From NCBI GenBank assembly GCA_002269645.1, contig NIVC01002899.1, positions 67,181-131,180 of the forward strand: a stretch of 64,000 bases of DNA, in the 5' to 3' direction. Source of the DNA: Macrostomum lignano (lineage: Eukaryota). The translations under genes and the position numbers were made by a program. This document shows, in pieces, positions 27,370-46,064 of this stretch (its first letter is position 1; each line of letters opens with the position of its first letter). A model generated the notes under the pieces. The model was not told the origin of the DNA. It made no database searches and worked only from the letters and a program-made list of their open reading frames with translations.

Positions 27370-27954
27370 AAATTGACTCGATGTAACAAAACTTTTCGTT
27401 GATTCGAACCGAATAGCAAAAGTCAAATTTGTTTAATTGTTTTGCAATGAAGCTCGAAAAAATATTCTTGAAACCGTAAGAAACATTGCTAAAATATTTT
27501 TTATCCATTTAATTTTGGCCGTACTGCGAAAATATTTTTTGTCAAAAAATACAACTCACCGGCTTAAGTTAACGAAGCGGCAGCCAAGTTTGCCTTCCAT
27601 TGTTCTCCCGAATAATGTGCCCATTTTTTCTCAGGTTCCGTCTCACTTCAAATGACTTTCAGCTTTCCTGCTCTCCATTCTCTCGATCGTGATCGACCTC
27701 TACACTTAGTCTCTTTCTCTCCCTCTCTACTCTCCCCATGTCTATACTCTCTCTCCCTATAATCTCTCCCTCTCTACTCTCCCCATGTCTATACTCTCTC
27801 TCCTTATAATCTCTCCATCTCTACTCTCTTCATCTCTACTCTCTTCATCTCTACTAGTTCCCTCTCTTCTCTCCGCCTCTATTCCCTCTGCCTCTACTCT
27901 CTTCTTATCTCTGCTTTATCTTTCTCTCTACTCTCTTCCTTTTTAATTTTATTA

Positions 27955-28073
27955 GACGCACGGTGGCTGTGTGCACTCTGGTGCACTTTAAGCGACATTG
28001 TCGCACAACCGGCGAGAGGCATTGCTGCCCATTATGCCGACTCCCATGAGCAGGCACACAGGCGCACGGATAC
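27955..28073 (-). mobile_element. 3' fragment of SINE family 2, abutting the Gypsy LTR end
   Basis: Matches ~12843-12960. It stops where TGTTGT (the LTR terminus) begins at 28074. Confidence 0.6.
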
Positions 28074-30760
28074 TGTTGTTTCTGCCAGCCAAATAAATGA
28101 TTTCGACTCGGGGAGTTCAGAGAAAGGAGAGGTGGCTCTTGGCTAGTGAGCTAGCACTCGATATATGAGCATATTGTCTGACTGATAAATGTACTTCAGT
28201 GCGATTAAGTTACGTGACGCTCCGTGACGCTGCACCGCGGCTCCAGGTCCGTCGTTGACTCGGTGCTTGCTGGTTGAAGACGATCTATAAGGGGCAGATG
28301 GAGCTTCTGTCCCAGCATCAGTTCGGCCGGCGACTTCCTGGACAGCGCGTGCTCAGATGACCGATGCACTAGCAGCAGCTCCTGGACCGCCTGCTTCACC
28401 GGCACGCCGTCGGCGCGAGAGCGCGCGCAGTGAGGTCTTGATGAAGCCGTTGAACCTCTCGACTCCGCAATTCTGCTGTGGGCAGTAGAGCGAAGGGCGA
28501 CGGTGCTCTAGGTCTGTGAACTCGGTCAACACAAACTGAGGTCCGTTGTCCGTGCATGGTGATTTCGTCTGGTAGCCCCCAGCAGACAAAAAGGCTGCGA
28601 AGGGCTTCGATGTTGGCAGCGGAAGTCACGCGGATGAAGATGCGCTGATATATCAAGTCACTTGGAGCGGGGATATTGGACTGCGATGAAAAATCGATGG
28701 GACTGCGGCACCTCGGCTGCTGGCAGCTCTCCAACGGTGTCGACTTTGCAGTTGCCGCCATGGACTCGCTGGTAGCTTCGTTGCTGACCATGGGACCTCT
28801 CGATCGGCTTGAACGCCTTCTCGGACAGGATGCAGGCGCTGCAGTTCCGCGTCATGCCCTCCACGTCGCTGTCGATGCGAGGCAACGAGACCGAGTCGCA
28901 GCACAAAAAGTCGCGGAGGTCAGTCGGGATGACGGGCTCGACTGCCGATAGCCAGAGCTCGTGTTGCACTTGATGGAAATCTTTCAGGCTGGCTGGAACC
29001 TCGTTTAGTCATCCTTTGAAGAGGAACCCGATGACTCGCTGCAGTTGATTGTCGCTCTGGGTTTCATCGGCCATGTCAACTTGGCTCAGGGTCGCGCTCA
29101 GGACGGCGTCGCTGCAGTCACTGAAGACGACCGGTTCTGTGATGGCACCTCGCTGAAGGCCGCCTTGAAAGTGGTTCGGTGACTTGAGACAGGTTCTTGA
29201 TGTAGAACTGGAAAAACCTTGCAAAGTCGAGGAATGAAGCCGACTCTGCTGTATTCTTGGGTGCCTTGAGTTCAAATACGGACTCGTTGTGCGACTGGAG
29301 CGGTTGGATTCCAGCTGCGCTGACGCAATATCCGACGAACTCGATCTCCAACGCCTTGAAGTTGCACTTATTGAGATTGACGGTCACCCAATACTGCAGC
29401 AGCTTGTCCAGTACCTGAAGTACGCGACTGTCGTGCAACAGCAATGTCGTCTTGATTGTGAACGAGGCCTCTGATGCCTTGGAGGATCTTGTCGACGACC
29501 TTCTGGAAGGCCGCCGAAGCTGAGCTGATCTCAAGAGGCCGAATTTGGTGTGGAGCTGGTTTATGCGTCATCGTGCAGAGGCAGCTGTAGATACGACTGG
29601 TTGAGGTCGATCCCTGAGAAAACTTTGAATTGTTGAATTCGGTCACTCACCTGATCGGCGAAGGTATGGCAGTGGACATCGAGTCCGAGATTATTGCCTT
29701 GTTGACGTTTTGCAGATCAACGCAGAGACACAGCTTCCCATCGGCCTTGCGGGCACAGGTGACGTTAGAGACAGCTCGATGATGCCTTCTTCATCCTAAC
29801 GTTGAATCTCGCTGTCGCACTCCTGACGCAGAGCTGCGGGCGGAAATTTCGGGTAGAAGGGGGCAGACGGTGGGCAGAAACTTTTGATTTCACCGAGTTC
29901 AGTGCCCAGGGCGTTGTATCAATACTTGCCTGGAATCCATCCAAGCATCGACGTGGTCGAAGGCTCCTAATTTGACTCGACTGCAGTAATCTAATGTCTG
30001 GAAGGCCTCCCCGGCGACGTTGACGGTCGCAGGGGGATCTTGGGCCCGAAAAGCTTCCAGCAGGCCTGCATGTTGATGATGGAGACCTTGGCAGCTTTGT
30101 CCATCAACAGCGGAATGACGGCGAAGATGATTTGCTAAGGGGAGCTCTCTCGTCAGCTGCATTCTTGCCGGTCAAGGACTTCTCAATCTGGACAGCTTTT
30201 TCCACCTGGGCGGCAATCTGGATTGCTCCGTCCAGGGTGAGCTCTCGTTCTAGCAGGAGGCGTTCGCGCACCTTCGCTGATGAAGTGCCGAAGATCAGCT
30301 GGTCCAGGATGAGTTCGGCGTGAAGGCTCTGGAACTCGCAGTCTCTGGCGGCCGGAGCAGTTTGCATGCCGCCTCGAGTGTCTCTGGAGCTTCATCCGGG
30401 GACTTGATGACAGTCCGGTGGACTCGCGCTCCTTCTCGCCGGAGGCAGTGCACAAGCAGTGCGATCTTCCTGGCTTCTTGCAAGCCGTCAACTCCTGACG
30501 CTAGCAGGCAGGTGTCGAACTCAGTGGATCACAAAGTTTCCAATGAAACCGCAGGTGTTCTTGGGCTGTCAAGAAATTCTAAAAACTCAAAATTCGCGGT
30601 GTTAAGCTTGCAGAATTGCAAGGCGATAGTGTGAGTTGAGAACTTTGAATTCTGCGCGGGTTGGGATTTTGTAATTAAGTCCCTACTTGCGATGCCAGTG
30701 TTGTGGCTCTGCTACCAAAATGAATGAAGTCAAGTTAGGAGTTCGGGAGTTGAAGTTTAA
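28074..30760 (-). mobile_element. Decayed Ty3/Gypsy (K02A2.6-like) LTR retrotransposon
   Basis: Order on the minus strand: gag (DQLIFGTSSAKVRERLL..LTLDGAI), protease remnant, RT (ASAAFQKVVDKIL..HNQDD), integrase (CSAC, GLPDEI.DNGPQF, ERFNG). Both ends show similar U5-like sequence ending ACAACA (28074 and 30699), and a TGG putative PBS starts at 30697. Many frameshifts and deletions. Confidence 0.88.
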
Positions 30761-32344
30761 TAGCTAGCTATAGATTTTTTGTAATCAAGGATAAGGATTA
30801 AGCCGTTTTAAAGTTATAAAAATGTATTCTTATCGTCATTATAAAAAGCTTAATAATAAATAGCATAAGTAACATCTGAATAACTATTAGTAAGGCAGCT
30901 TAGATGTTTGATTTTGTTATACTAATGCCGATAGTGTTAATATAAAAGTTCAAGAAATTGAAGTTCAAGTCTTCAAAAATGGTTTTAATCAATTAAAGTA
31001 GCTAAATTTGTTGAAAAGGTTAGAATATAAAAAAGAAAAAAAACGGTAAATTAATTAGCTGCATGTATTTTTGAGATTATTTGTAATAAATTGTGACAAA
31101 ATATGGAAAGGAAATTATTAACAAAAACTATAACAAAAATTAGGTTCTGTGAAAATCTAGAATGCTTTAAAAAACAGTAGCAAAGGATTAAAAAAGAATT
31201 AATAATATTATCAGTGTTCGATATTGAAAAAATAATTTCCAACCGATTACTTGACGTTAACTTTTTTGTTAGCACACTTATAACAAAAATCAACGTTAAT
31301 TTGTCTGCATGCATATCTAGCTGGTTAAAGCAGAGACAGTTGAACCAATCCAGCAACCAGGATGATGAAGGCAAGTTTGCCCTGCAGTGCATTAGCAGAG
31401 CTGGCTGGTCCCATGGTCGGCTCGCTGCGCCTATCTGACGAACAATCATCTGATTGTAGGGTAGGTGGATATTATTTAAAACAGTAGTTTCTCAGGCATA
31501 AACCTGCATGGATTTTTATGCACCTGGCTAAACCTAAACATAAACAGCAAGATAAATGGTTTCGTCACTTGGTTTTGGGCCATAGACAAATGAGCAAAAA
31601 GCAACTGCGCAGCTTGATCAAGATTGTCTATGGTAAATAAAGCGAAAGAAAGATGAGAGATGAGAGGGGGAGAGAAGGGACGAGAGACGGGATGAGAGAA
31701 GAGATAAATGAGAAGAGATGAGAAGAGAAGATGAGAGAGATAGAGGAGAGAGGATAGATAGGGTAGAGAGGAAAGGGGAGAGAAGAGATAGGAGACAAGA
31801 GATAAGAGACCTGAGAAGAGACACAGACCTTGAGCGAGACAGAGTGATATTGTGAAGTTTTTTCTCTTCTCTCTCCTTTCCTCTCCTCTCCTCTCTTCTC
31901 CTTTCCTCTCCTCTTCTCTCCTCGGTAAAATGTTTGTCGAACCCTGCCATAGACAATACCGGTCGAGAATTGCTACGGAGAGAACTGTCCTGAGTTCAAT
32001 ATAGTTTTTTGCAGCCATTTGAGCCTACACGCATTGAATTTAATTCGAGATATGTTCGCCAAAGTAGCTAATGGAGCTAGCTAGCTAAGAAAGGGCCTGA
32101 TACTCACATCTTGCACCAATTTGTCGCACAATATTTGGCACCTGGTAGCGCAGAAAGTCGCACTGCCGTTTGCGCAAATTTTGACCAATTCGGAACGATG
32201 AAGCTGTTGAAGGCCTCGATTTGAGCACGATGTATGAGCGGTCGGATAGGTTGTAGGCCGGCCAAGCCTCTCCACTCAGGCTGCTCGAGTTGAACTGGTT
32301 AGGGTTGCTGTTCAAAGTTTGAGGATTGGACTCGGGTAGAATTC

Positions 32345-33140
32345 TAGATGAGCCTCCAGCCTCTAGATAAACAAGCCTCTAGATGAGCCTCTAGACTCTA
32401 GATGAACAAGCCTCTAGATGAGCCTCTAGACTTTATATGAACAAGCCTCTAGATTCTAGATTAACAAGCCTCTAGATGAGCCTTTAGACTTTATATGAAC
32501 AAGCCTCTAGACTCTAGATGAACAAGCCTCTAGACTCTAGATGAACAAGCCTCTAGACTTTATATGAACAAGCCTCTAGACTCTAGATGAACAAGCCTCT
32601 AGACTTTATATGAACAAGCCTCTAGACTCTAGATGAACAAGCCTCTAGACTTTATATGAACAAGCCTCTAGACTTAATATGAACAAGCCTCTAGACTCTA
32701 GATGAACAAGCCTCTAGATGAGCCTCTAGACTTTATATGAACAAGCCTCTAGATTCTAGATTAACAAGCCTCTAGATGAGCCTTTAGACTTTATATGAAC
32801 AAGCCTCTAGACTCTAGATGAACAAGCCTCTAGACTTTATATGAACAAGCCTCTAGACTTTATATGAACAAGCCTCTAGACTCTAGATGAACAAGCCTCT
32901 AGACTTAATATGAACAAGCCTCTAGACTTTATATGAACAAGCCTCTAGACTCTAGATGAACAAGCCTCTAGACTCTAGATGAACAAGCCTCTAGACTTTA
33001 TATGAACAAGCCTCTAGACTCTAGATGAACAAGCCTCTAGACTTAATATGAACAAGCCTCTAGACTTAATATGAACAAGCCTCTAGACTTTATATGAACA
33101 AGCCTCTAACTGAGCCTCTAGACTCTAGATGAACAAGCCA
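32345..33140. repeat. 23-bp minisatellite (ATGAACAAGCCTCTAGACT(C/T)TA(G/T)) in AChE-B intron 4
   Basis: Direct inspection. Confidence 0.95.
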
Positions 33141-35597
33141 GATAGACATCGGATAGACGTTGGATCGCTGTACAGTCAAGAATCAGTGGTCTGGGACGCT
33201 GTGATCATCCCAGACACCCGAAGCAGATACTCCGATAAGCCTCGATGAAGAAATTGGCAAAAACTTCGCATCAAACTCACCCAGTCCTGGCAAAGTTAGT
33301 CCAGAATTTCATCACATCATCGCTTAGCTGCGACTCTGACGTTGTAAAATTGTGCCGAATCGCTGATTAAACGGTGTCCCGAACACGTAGTCCAGCTCAT
33401 AACCGTGCATAACTCCCGTCCATTCAGGCAGCGGAAGCATCTGACTTCTCTGCTCAAATGAGTACATCCAAATAGAGTTAGACCCATTCGTACCCAACAT
33501 CTGGGCGTACATTTCGGCGAAGTCGACGGTGGGACACTTAAAACTCCTGTCGCTGGTTAAATCGTCGAGAGCGTCCAGCGTTTCTTTCGCTGTCCACGAA
33601 GTCCGACCAAAGAGCTTCGACGGCACCTGGTACTCGAAGGAGACCGCCTCCGTGACTAAGCTGTCCAGGTGAGTATTATTGACGATGAAGTACCTAGCAA
33701 CCAGGTTGTACGGGTCTTTGTCCATGTCCAGACCGGTACGGTTTTGCACCAGAAAATCGTAGTCCCTGTTCAGCTGCTGGTCGAGGGGTTGGCCCCACCA
33801 GAATGGAATATTCCAATTGCCGTTGTTGTGCATGAATATGCCGCCTAGAGCGTACATTATCCAGAATGCGCCTTCATCCTTGACTACACCTGAAGAACGA
33901 TTGAAATATGTTTGATAAATTATGCGAGTGTAGTCGGATCAATTACAAAGACTATATTTCAGATCCTAAAAAGTGTAGTGATCCGCTAGTTTGGTGTTAG
34001 GCGTCGCACTATTGTCAGCAGCTTCCCTCGCCCTCGCCCTCGCCCTGGGTTGCTGTCTGTTGCTGGGCAGCCTCCCTCCCCTTTTGCTGCCTGTTCTCTG
34101 TCGCCCCCCCCTCTTCTCTGCTTTGGCCTGCTCTGCGGTTTTTTCCCGTCCTGAGGTCACGCTGGTGGCCTGTTTCCCTTGTCAGGTGAGCAAGTCACCT
34201 GACAAGTCTTGTTTTCTCGAAGTCCTAAAGTGCAGTAAACATGTGGAATCACGTGGTTCGGGGCCCTTGCCTTCTTTGTAATAGGTGACTCATGTTTCTA
34301 AAAATAGATACTGAGTCATGCGGTCCTGTGCACTTTACCCGCAGACCCTGCCTTCTCTAAGGCGGAGGGCGACGTCAGTTCTAAAAATAGAGCAGAGTGA
34401 CGAGGTCCGGCGAACACTGGAGCAGCGGGGATTGCCTGCCTACGTGCCCCTCTCCCTTGGTTCAGTCAAGGATTTTTGTTCTTGCTGTTCTTCTTTAGTC
34501 TAGTTTTCCAGACTTCGTTCAGTTGCCCGTTTAAACTATCTGTAATTGGCCTGACTAAACTTAGATGCCAAAGCCAAAGAGAGGCTAACACTGCCTTTCC
34601 ATGCCAGCCACCCCCTGAGCCCGGCAGGATCTGCTGACCAGGACGCCTTGTTCATTAATCTGCAAATCTACACGCTGTGCTGAGTTCGTTGACTTGTTTA
34701 TTTCGTACCGACGGGAAGCTCACCTCACCGGAGGCCGAGACCTGAAGGAACTGGTGGCAGCACTACCGACGCTACTAAGAGCTACATGTAAGTAATAAAA
34801 AGCTTCCGAGAGAAGAGGCTCGAGACTTAAGGTAAAGCTTAATTAAGTTCCTAAATCGGGAAGCTAACAGCAACTATCTCAAAAGCATAGACTTTAACGC
34901 TTACCCAACAACAAGTCCGCCTTTTTGACATCGTTGTTCATTTTCGAGTCTCTCAGCTGCTCTGCCGGCATTTTCGGCAGGAAATCCGAGCCAAAGACTG
35001 GTTTGAACGGCACGTCAAAAAACAGAGCCGTCTCTGGATTAGCAATGGCTGCGCTGTTGCCGGATTCTTGATATCGCCTCAGATTCTGCTGATATTAGCG
35101 TGAGTAGCTCTGCTTCCTCGCCTTAAACACGTCGCTCATGGCGTTCCAGGTCTGCTGTTGCAGCAGCTCGGGCGTTACCTGGCGCAGGCAGTTGGCAATT
35201 CTGATTCCGTCTCTCGTGTTTCCCGGACGACATTTGGCCAGGTCGGCCAGCGCCAGGGATTTGCTCCATCCGGTCGATCGGCTCTCGCTGGCCCACCAGG
35301 CGATGGCGCTGCCGCTGTTGAGTATGGCTCGCCTGAAGTAGCCCTGAGTGTAGGGCGACAGCAGGTGGTAGCTGACTGACACGGCGCCGGCTGACTCGCC
35401 GAACAGCGTGATCTGGCTGTTGTCTCCGCCAAAGGCACTGTTGGCATTGAAACAAGTCAGATATGATAGTACTCGTAAACTTGGGAAAATCTGTACTTAC
35501 TACTTAGTGCAATTCAGTAGTAACTTGCAAACCGGTAGACGGAGAACAAACCAAAGGATTTTGAAGTGAAGCGATAACGATCAAAATTAGGTAAATT

Positions 35598-36645
35598 TGA
35601 GCAGCTACTCACTGAATTGGAGCAGCTACTCACTGAATTGGAGCAGCTACTCACTGAATTGGAGCAGCTACTCACTGAATTGGAGCAGCTACTCACTGAA
35701 TTGGAGCAGCTACTCACTGAATTGGAGCAGCTACTCACTGAATTGGAGCAGCTACTCATTAAATTGGAGCAGCTACTCACTGAATTGGAGGAGCTACTCA
35801 CTGAATTGGAGGAGCTACTCATAAAATTGGAGCAGCTACTCACTGAATTGGAGCAGCTACTCACTGAATTGGAGCAGCTACTCATTAAATTGGAGCAGCT
35901 ACTCACTGAATTGGAGCAGCTACTCACTGAATTGGAGCAGCTACTCACTGAATTGGAGGAGCTACTCATTAAATTGGAGCAGCTACTCATTAAATTGGAG
36001 CAGATACTCACTGAATTGGAGCAGCTACTCACTGAATTGGAGCAGCTACTCACTGAATTGGAGCAGCTACTCACTGAATTGGAGCAGCTACTCACTGAAT
36101 TGGAGCAGCTACTCATTAAATTGGAGCAGCTACTCACTGAATTGGAGGAGCTACTCATAAAATTGGAGCAGCTACTCACTGAATTGGAGCAGCTACTCAC
36201 TGAATTGGAGCAGCTACTCATTAAATTGGAGCAGCTACTCACTGAATTGGAGCAGCTACTCACTGAATTGGAGCAGCTACTCACTGAATTGGAGGAGCTA
36301 CTCATTAAATTGGAGCAGCTACTCATTCAATTGGAGCAGATACTCACTGAATTGGAGCAGCTACTCACTGAATTGGAGCAGCTACTCACTGAATTGGAGC
36401 AGCTACTCACTGAATTGGAGCAGCTACTCACTGAATTGGAGCAGCTACTCACTGAATTGGAGCAGCTACTCACTGAATTGGAGGAGCTACTCATTAAATT
36501 GGAGCAGCTACTCATTAAATTGGAGCAGATACTCACTGAATTGGAGCAGCTACTCACTGAATTGGAGCAGCTACTCACTGAATTGGAGCAGCTACTCACT
36601 GAATTGGAGCAGCTACTCACTGAATTGGAGCAGCTACTCACTGAG
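35598..36645. repeat. 21-bp minisatellite (GAGCAGCTACTCACTGAATTG) in AChE-B intron 2
   Basis: About 50 copies, on the opposite strand inside a well-defined intron. Confidence 0.96.
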
Positions 36646-37204
36646 TTAGGCCATGCAACCCAAAAAATACACTAAAGTTACTTCACTCACCGAATATTTT
36701 CGTGAATCCACTGAATCGCTCTGTACTGGTCGTACAGTCCCGCATTTCCCGGTGCCTCGGTGTCGTCTAAGAACATGAAGCCGAGCGCTCCAGTCCGGTA
36801 CTGCATCGAGGCGACAACAACGTCGCCAGTCGCCGCCAGCACCGCGCCGTCGTAGACTTTGAGCGAGGACGAGCCGCCGAAGAATCCGCCGCCGTAGATC
36901 CACACCATGACGGCCTTGCCAGCGGCGGAGTCAGAAGTTGGCGACCAGACGTTTAGGTAGAGGCAGTCCTCGGACATCTCGGTGTTGTTCCACCACATCA
37001 TCAGGGCCGGGTTCTGCGCGGGAGAGAGAGAGAGAGTAGTTGCTGCAGTCGAATAGTTTATTGCGTCTTAGTAGGACAGTCCGCCGGTGTCTAGACAGAC
37101 GCGCAGCATCTGTTTCTTAGAAAACTTTCCCAGAAAACTCTGCACGGCTTTAAATAGAAAATTTTTATATCGCCAAGGAATTGGTCACAATGTGCCGTTA
37201 AAAA

Positions 37205-38104
37205 TCTGTCGCTAGAAATTTGTCGCTAGAAATGTGTCACTAGAAATGTGTCGCTAGAAATGTGTCGCTAGAAATGTGTCGCTAGAAATGTGTCACTAGA
37301 AATGTGTCGCTAGAAATGTGTCACTAGAAATGTGTCGTTAGAAATGTGTCGTTAGAAATTTGTCGCTAGAAATGTGTCGCTAGAAATGTGTCGCTAGAAA
37401 TGTGTCACTAGAAATGTGTCGCTAGAAATGTGTCACTAGAAATGTGTCGTTAGAAATGTGTCGTTAGAAATTTGTCGCTAGAAATGTGTCGCTAGAAATG
37501 TGTCGCTAGAAATGTGTCGCTAGAAATGTGTCGTTAGAAATGTGTCGCTAGAAATGTGTCGTTAGAAATGTGTCGCTAGAAATGTGTCACTAGAAATGTG
37601 TCGCTAGAAATTTGTCGCTAGAAATGTGTCGCTAGAAATGTGTCGCTATAAATGTGTCGTTAGAAATGTGTCGCTAGAAATATGTTGTTAGAAATGTGTC
37701 GTTAGAAATGTGTCGTTAGAAATATGTCGTTAGAAATGTGTCGTTAGAAATGTGTCGCTAGAAATGTGTCGCTAGAAATGTGTCGCTAGAAATGTGTCGC
37801 TAGAAATGTGTCGCTAGAAATGTGTCGCTAGAAATTTGTCGCTAGAAATGTGTCGCTAGAAATGTGTCGCTATAAATGTGTCGTTAGAAATGTGTCGCTA
37901 GAAATATGTTGTTAGAAATGTGTCGTTAGAAATGTGTCGTTAGAAATATGTCGTTAGAAATGTGTCGTTAGAAATGTGTCGCTAGAAATGTGTCGCTAGA
38001 AATTTGTCGCTAGAAATGTGTCGCTAGAAATGTGTCGCTAGAAATGTGTCGCTAGAAATTTGTCGCTAGAAATGTGTCGCTAGAAATCTGTCGCTAGAAA
38101 TGTG
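37205..38104. repeat. 14-bp minisatellite (TAGAAATGTGTCGC) in AChE-B intron 1
   Basis: About 64 copies; same unit as in paralogue A. Confidence 0.96.
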
Positions 38105-38641
38105 GCACGGTATGTTCCGGGCAGAAAGTGTCCGGAAGAGACATTTCAACTCGTTGGCTAGCACTCAAAAGACGTAGACCCGCGTTACTCAAATTCATTC
38201 AAATCCCTTGTAAATGATATCCCCTGTGCGAACAAAACCAAGTCATTAAAAAGCATCAAAGACTCACCGTCTTTTCGAACTCCTGCGGACTCAGGGGCCA
38301 GTAGTAGCAGGCCTTCGGTTTCTTCGAGGCATCGTATGGCAGGCTGCTGTTGCCAATAGGTGAGTCCAGCGGCACCGAGGGCTTGAAGCGCAGCGCTCCC
38401 ACGGGCGGCTTGGCGTAGGGAATGCCCAGGTAGCTCCACACCGTTCGGCTGCGGACTGTGCTGGTGAAGCCTTGGATGCTGGAGCCGTTGGTCAGGTTGA
38501 CCGTGTGCCGAGGGGCTGCTGCTTGGGCCTCGGAGCCCATTGGCTGCAGCAGAACAGCACTCATTGCTGCTACTAGAAGCCACTGCGGTAGCAAGCCGAT
38601 CCTCAGCATGGCCTGTTGCCTGGTGAGTAAATAGGTGATAA

Positions 38642-39762
<1,121 letters not shown>

Positions 39763-40239
39763 AATTTTAGTAGATAGATAGCCCTTACTTACTTTTAATA
39801 AATCGAATTGGAATCGAAGTGCGGTGCAGGTTCAGTGCGCAGTCTCTTTGCTCGCCATGCGCATAATCTATTATAAATGCCAGATGCCGCAGCATGTCTC
39901 TAATTATGCAGAAAAGCAGAGAGAGAAAAGCAATTTTCTGTTGGTAGGACAAGACAGAAAATAAAAAAAAACAATGGTGTACAATGGCAGTATAGGCAGA
40001 GATTCAGGCAACCGAGATTCTGCCAGAGACGGAATACCCCACAGGCGAGAAAGAAAGAATTTCGCGGTTTCAGAAAGATTTATCTACTAACTACCATGGA
40101 ATTAGCGCTTCCACTCACATAGTATGCTCTGTATGTGGCAGGAATCCAATGGTAAAGACAATCGGCAGACACATTGGTAGATGTATATAGACAAGTAGAT
40201 ACAAAGGGTGGATAGAAAAGTCGATAGACAGGTGGATAC

Positions 40240-40855
40240 TTAGTTAGATTGACAAGTGGATAGACAGGTAGATAGACAGGTAGATAGGCAGATAGCTAGA
40301 CAGATGGATACACAGGTAGCAGCTATACAGGTAGATAGACAGGTAGATGGACAGGTAGATGGACAGGTAGATGGACAGGTAGATAGACAGGTAGATGGAC
40401 AGGTAGATATAGACAGGTAGATGGACAGGTAGCTATACAGGTAGATAGACAGATAGATGGACAGGTAGATGGACAGGTAGATGAACAGGTGTATGGACAG
40501 GTAGATGGACAGGTAGATGGACAGGTAGATGGACAGTTAGATAGACAGATAGATGGACAGGTAGCTATACAGGTAGATAGACAGATAGATGGACAGGTAG
40601 ATAGACAGGTAGATGGACAGGTAGATGGACAGGTAGATGGACAGGTAGATGGACAGTTAGATAGACAGATAGATGGACAGGTAGATAGACAGGTAGATGG
40701 ACAGGTAGATGGACAGGTAGATAGACAGGTAGATAGACAGGTAGATGGACAGGTAGATGGACAGGTAGATGAACAGGTAGATAGACAGGTAGATGGACAG
40801 GTAGATGGACAGGTAGATAGACAGGTAGATGGACAAGTAGATGGACAGGTAGATA
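40240..40855. repeat. 12-bp minisatellite (GGACAGGTAGAT)
   Basis: Direct inspection. Confidence 0.94.
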
Positions 40856-41539
40856 GTATTAGTCTAGGCAGAGCATAAACGGACACGTCTGCCCCAGATG
40901 CAGCACTAGTGCAAATCAGTGCTGGCCAAATGGGTTTGCACTGACTGACCCATATAGCCAGACAATGGGAAGTGCTAGTTGAAGGTCTCTTCACGAAGAG
41001 CTCACAATAGCCCCCAGCTTGAGAACAGTGTAAAAGAAAATACCTACTCCAGCTTCACAGTGGGGCACATGACCCAAAACTAGCACTCAGAGCTGGGCTA
41101 ATTTGGGTCAGCTCGCTTATTGTTCTGGTTATAGCTAAATATTTGCGAACCCGTGGGAATTGCTCCTGATGGTGTTAAATCGCGGAAAAAATTTAAGACA
41201 AAAGAGTTTAAAAAAAACTTGACCACTAAGCTAAGCAGACTATAATGGCTGCAATTTGCATACCGATATTTTTTATTCACTTTTAATTTAAATATGACGT
41301 TAACAGCATCTTTCTACTTAATTTGGTAGTGAGTAGTATATTTCGCAAAATCATTTATAATCTGATGAATTGAAACGAATGCAGATAAATTGAAATAGCA
41401 AAAGATTGCAGTACTAAATTAAAAACTTGAAAGTAGTTCTCGGTCCCATTATTTTAATGTTAAAAGTATTGTAAAAATCAATTTTATTGATGTAAACTTT
41501 TGAGCACATTGGATCGAATAAATTAGGTAAATTGGGATG

Positions 41540-41782
41540 ATAGAGTAGATCGGGTGGTAGAGTAGATCGGGTGGTAGAGTAGGTCAGGTGGTAGAGTAGA
41601 TCGGGTAGTAGACTAAGATCGAGTGGTAGAGTAGCTCGGGTGGTAGAGTAGATCGGGTGGTAGAGTAGATCGAGTGGCAGAGTAGATCGGGTGGTAGAGT
41701 AGATCGGCTAGTAGACTAAGATCGATTGGTAGAGTAGATCGAGTGGTAGAGTAGATCAGGTGGTAGAGTAGATCTGGTAGAG
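41540..41782. repeat. 17-bp minisatellite (GTAGAGTAGATCGGGTG)
   Basis: Direct inspection. Confidence 0.9.
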
Positions 41783-41867
41783 TAGAGAAAAGCAGAGAAA
41801 CAAACTGGCAGATACAGCAGCGAATCCCCAAGCGCACCCAACAGCAGCTGAAATGTCGGTTCCGCAT

Positions 41868-45224
<3,357 letters not shown>

Positions 45225-46064
45225 CTTAGCGGCGCTTACATTAGTGGCATGTAGCGTAAAATAAAATCCGTCTATTTAATAAGATTGTTGTTTGTTAAAA
45301 ATATTGAATGTGATTGGCTGCGCAGCAGACCATAAAATTTCAGGCTTCCAGCAGTAACTTTTCAGGCTTGTATAAAATTATTTGCAAATGTATAGAAGAA
45401 TTGACACATTTCAGTGGTGATTACCGGTATATAACCAGCATAATTGCAAATAAAAAGAGCGAAATACAGTCTCGTGAAGTTAAAGATACTACTACTAAGC
45501 TATTGAAGGTGTGCTCGGTGGAAAAGTGCATCACGTGCATGTAAAATATTGGATGTTCTCTTCCCGATATTAATTAATGTAGGAATTTATGAAACATACG
45601 TTTTAAGAGTTTATCAAAACAGCATTTTCTCAAAAAGGCATATAGACAAAACTTCTCGTATATGGAATGCTACCTGTCGCTCGAATAATGTTAATAATGT
45701 ATACACTAAATCCCCTTAGGTATAAATTGATCGAGAAGACACATTTGAAACATATTAAAACAAATTTAAAATTTTCTCTGCGCGGAAATTTTTGCTAGAG
45801 TATAACAAATCATTGCATGTCTAGCTAGTAGAACACAACTAAGGTGTTTAGTTACTCGACTATTCCAAAATATATTTAAGTATTAAAGTTGAACAGTTAC
45901 ATGGTTTTTTAAGCATCATTAGAGACAATCTCGGTTTTTAACATGTTAGTGAGTGTCGATTTTTACATGGTAGGATCAGAAACACTGCTATCATAATATG
46001 TTGTTATTGTTAACGATGCCAGCAGACACATTCTAACCTAATAAATATCACTTAAACTTAAGCC

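Larger units (their letters stand above)
31325..38609 (-). pseudogene. ACHE: Acetylcholinesterase-like paralogue B with an in-frame TAA and a 1-bp frameshift (pseudogene, null allele or assembly error)
   Basis: Exons 38609-38268, 37013-36691, 35437-34905, 33889-33281, 32307-32108 and 31449-31325. Catalytic motifs GESAG, DEG and HGYE are present, with a GPI-like tail SSANALQGKLAFIILVAGLVQLSLL. TAA at 35095-35097 sits where A has Tyr, and the frame breaks at ~33352. Confidence 0.72.

Noticed and set aside
31051-31449. ORF starting MIVRQIGA that echoes IVRQIGA in the previous exon, suggesting a duplicated alternative exon
   Set aside because: The phase-1 splice reads this exon in another frame (YDCSSDRRSEPTMGP...), which aligns with paralogue A and gives a proper GPI-type tail. 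The IVRQIGA frame runs into AT-rich UTR-like sequence, so I treat the match as coincidence.
35095-35097. TAA read as Tyr (alternative flatworm mitochondrial code) or stop read-through
   Set aside because: This is a nuclear spliced gene, and neighbouring genes use TAA as a stop. The TAA-T context is not a known leaky context, and a second lesion exists downstream.
35617-36675. 352-aa perfect heptad coiled-coil ORF (EQLLTEL)n
   Set aside because: A 21-bp satellite antisense within AChE-B intron 2, with a TTG start and no unique flanking coding sequence.
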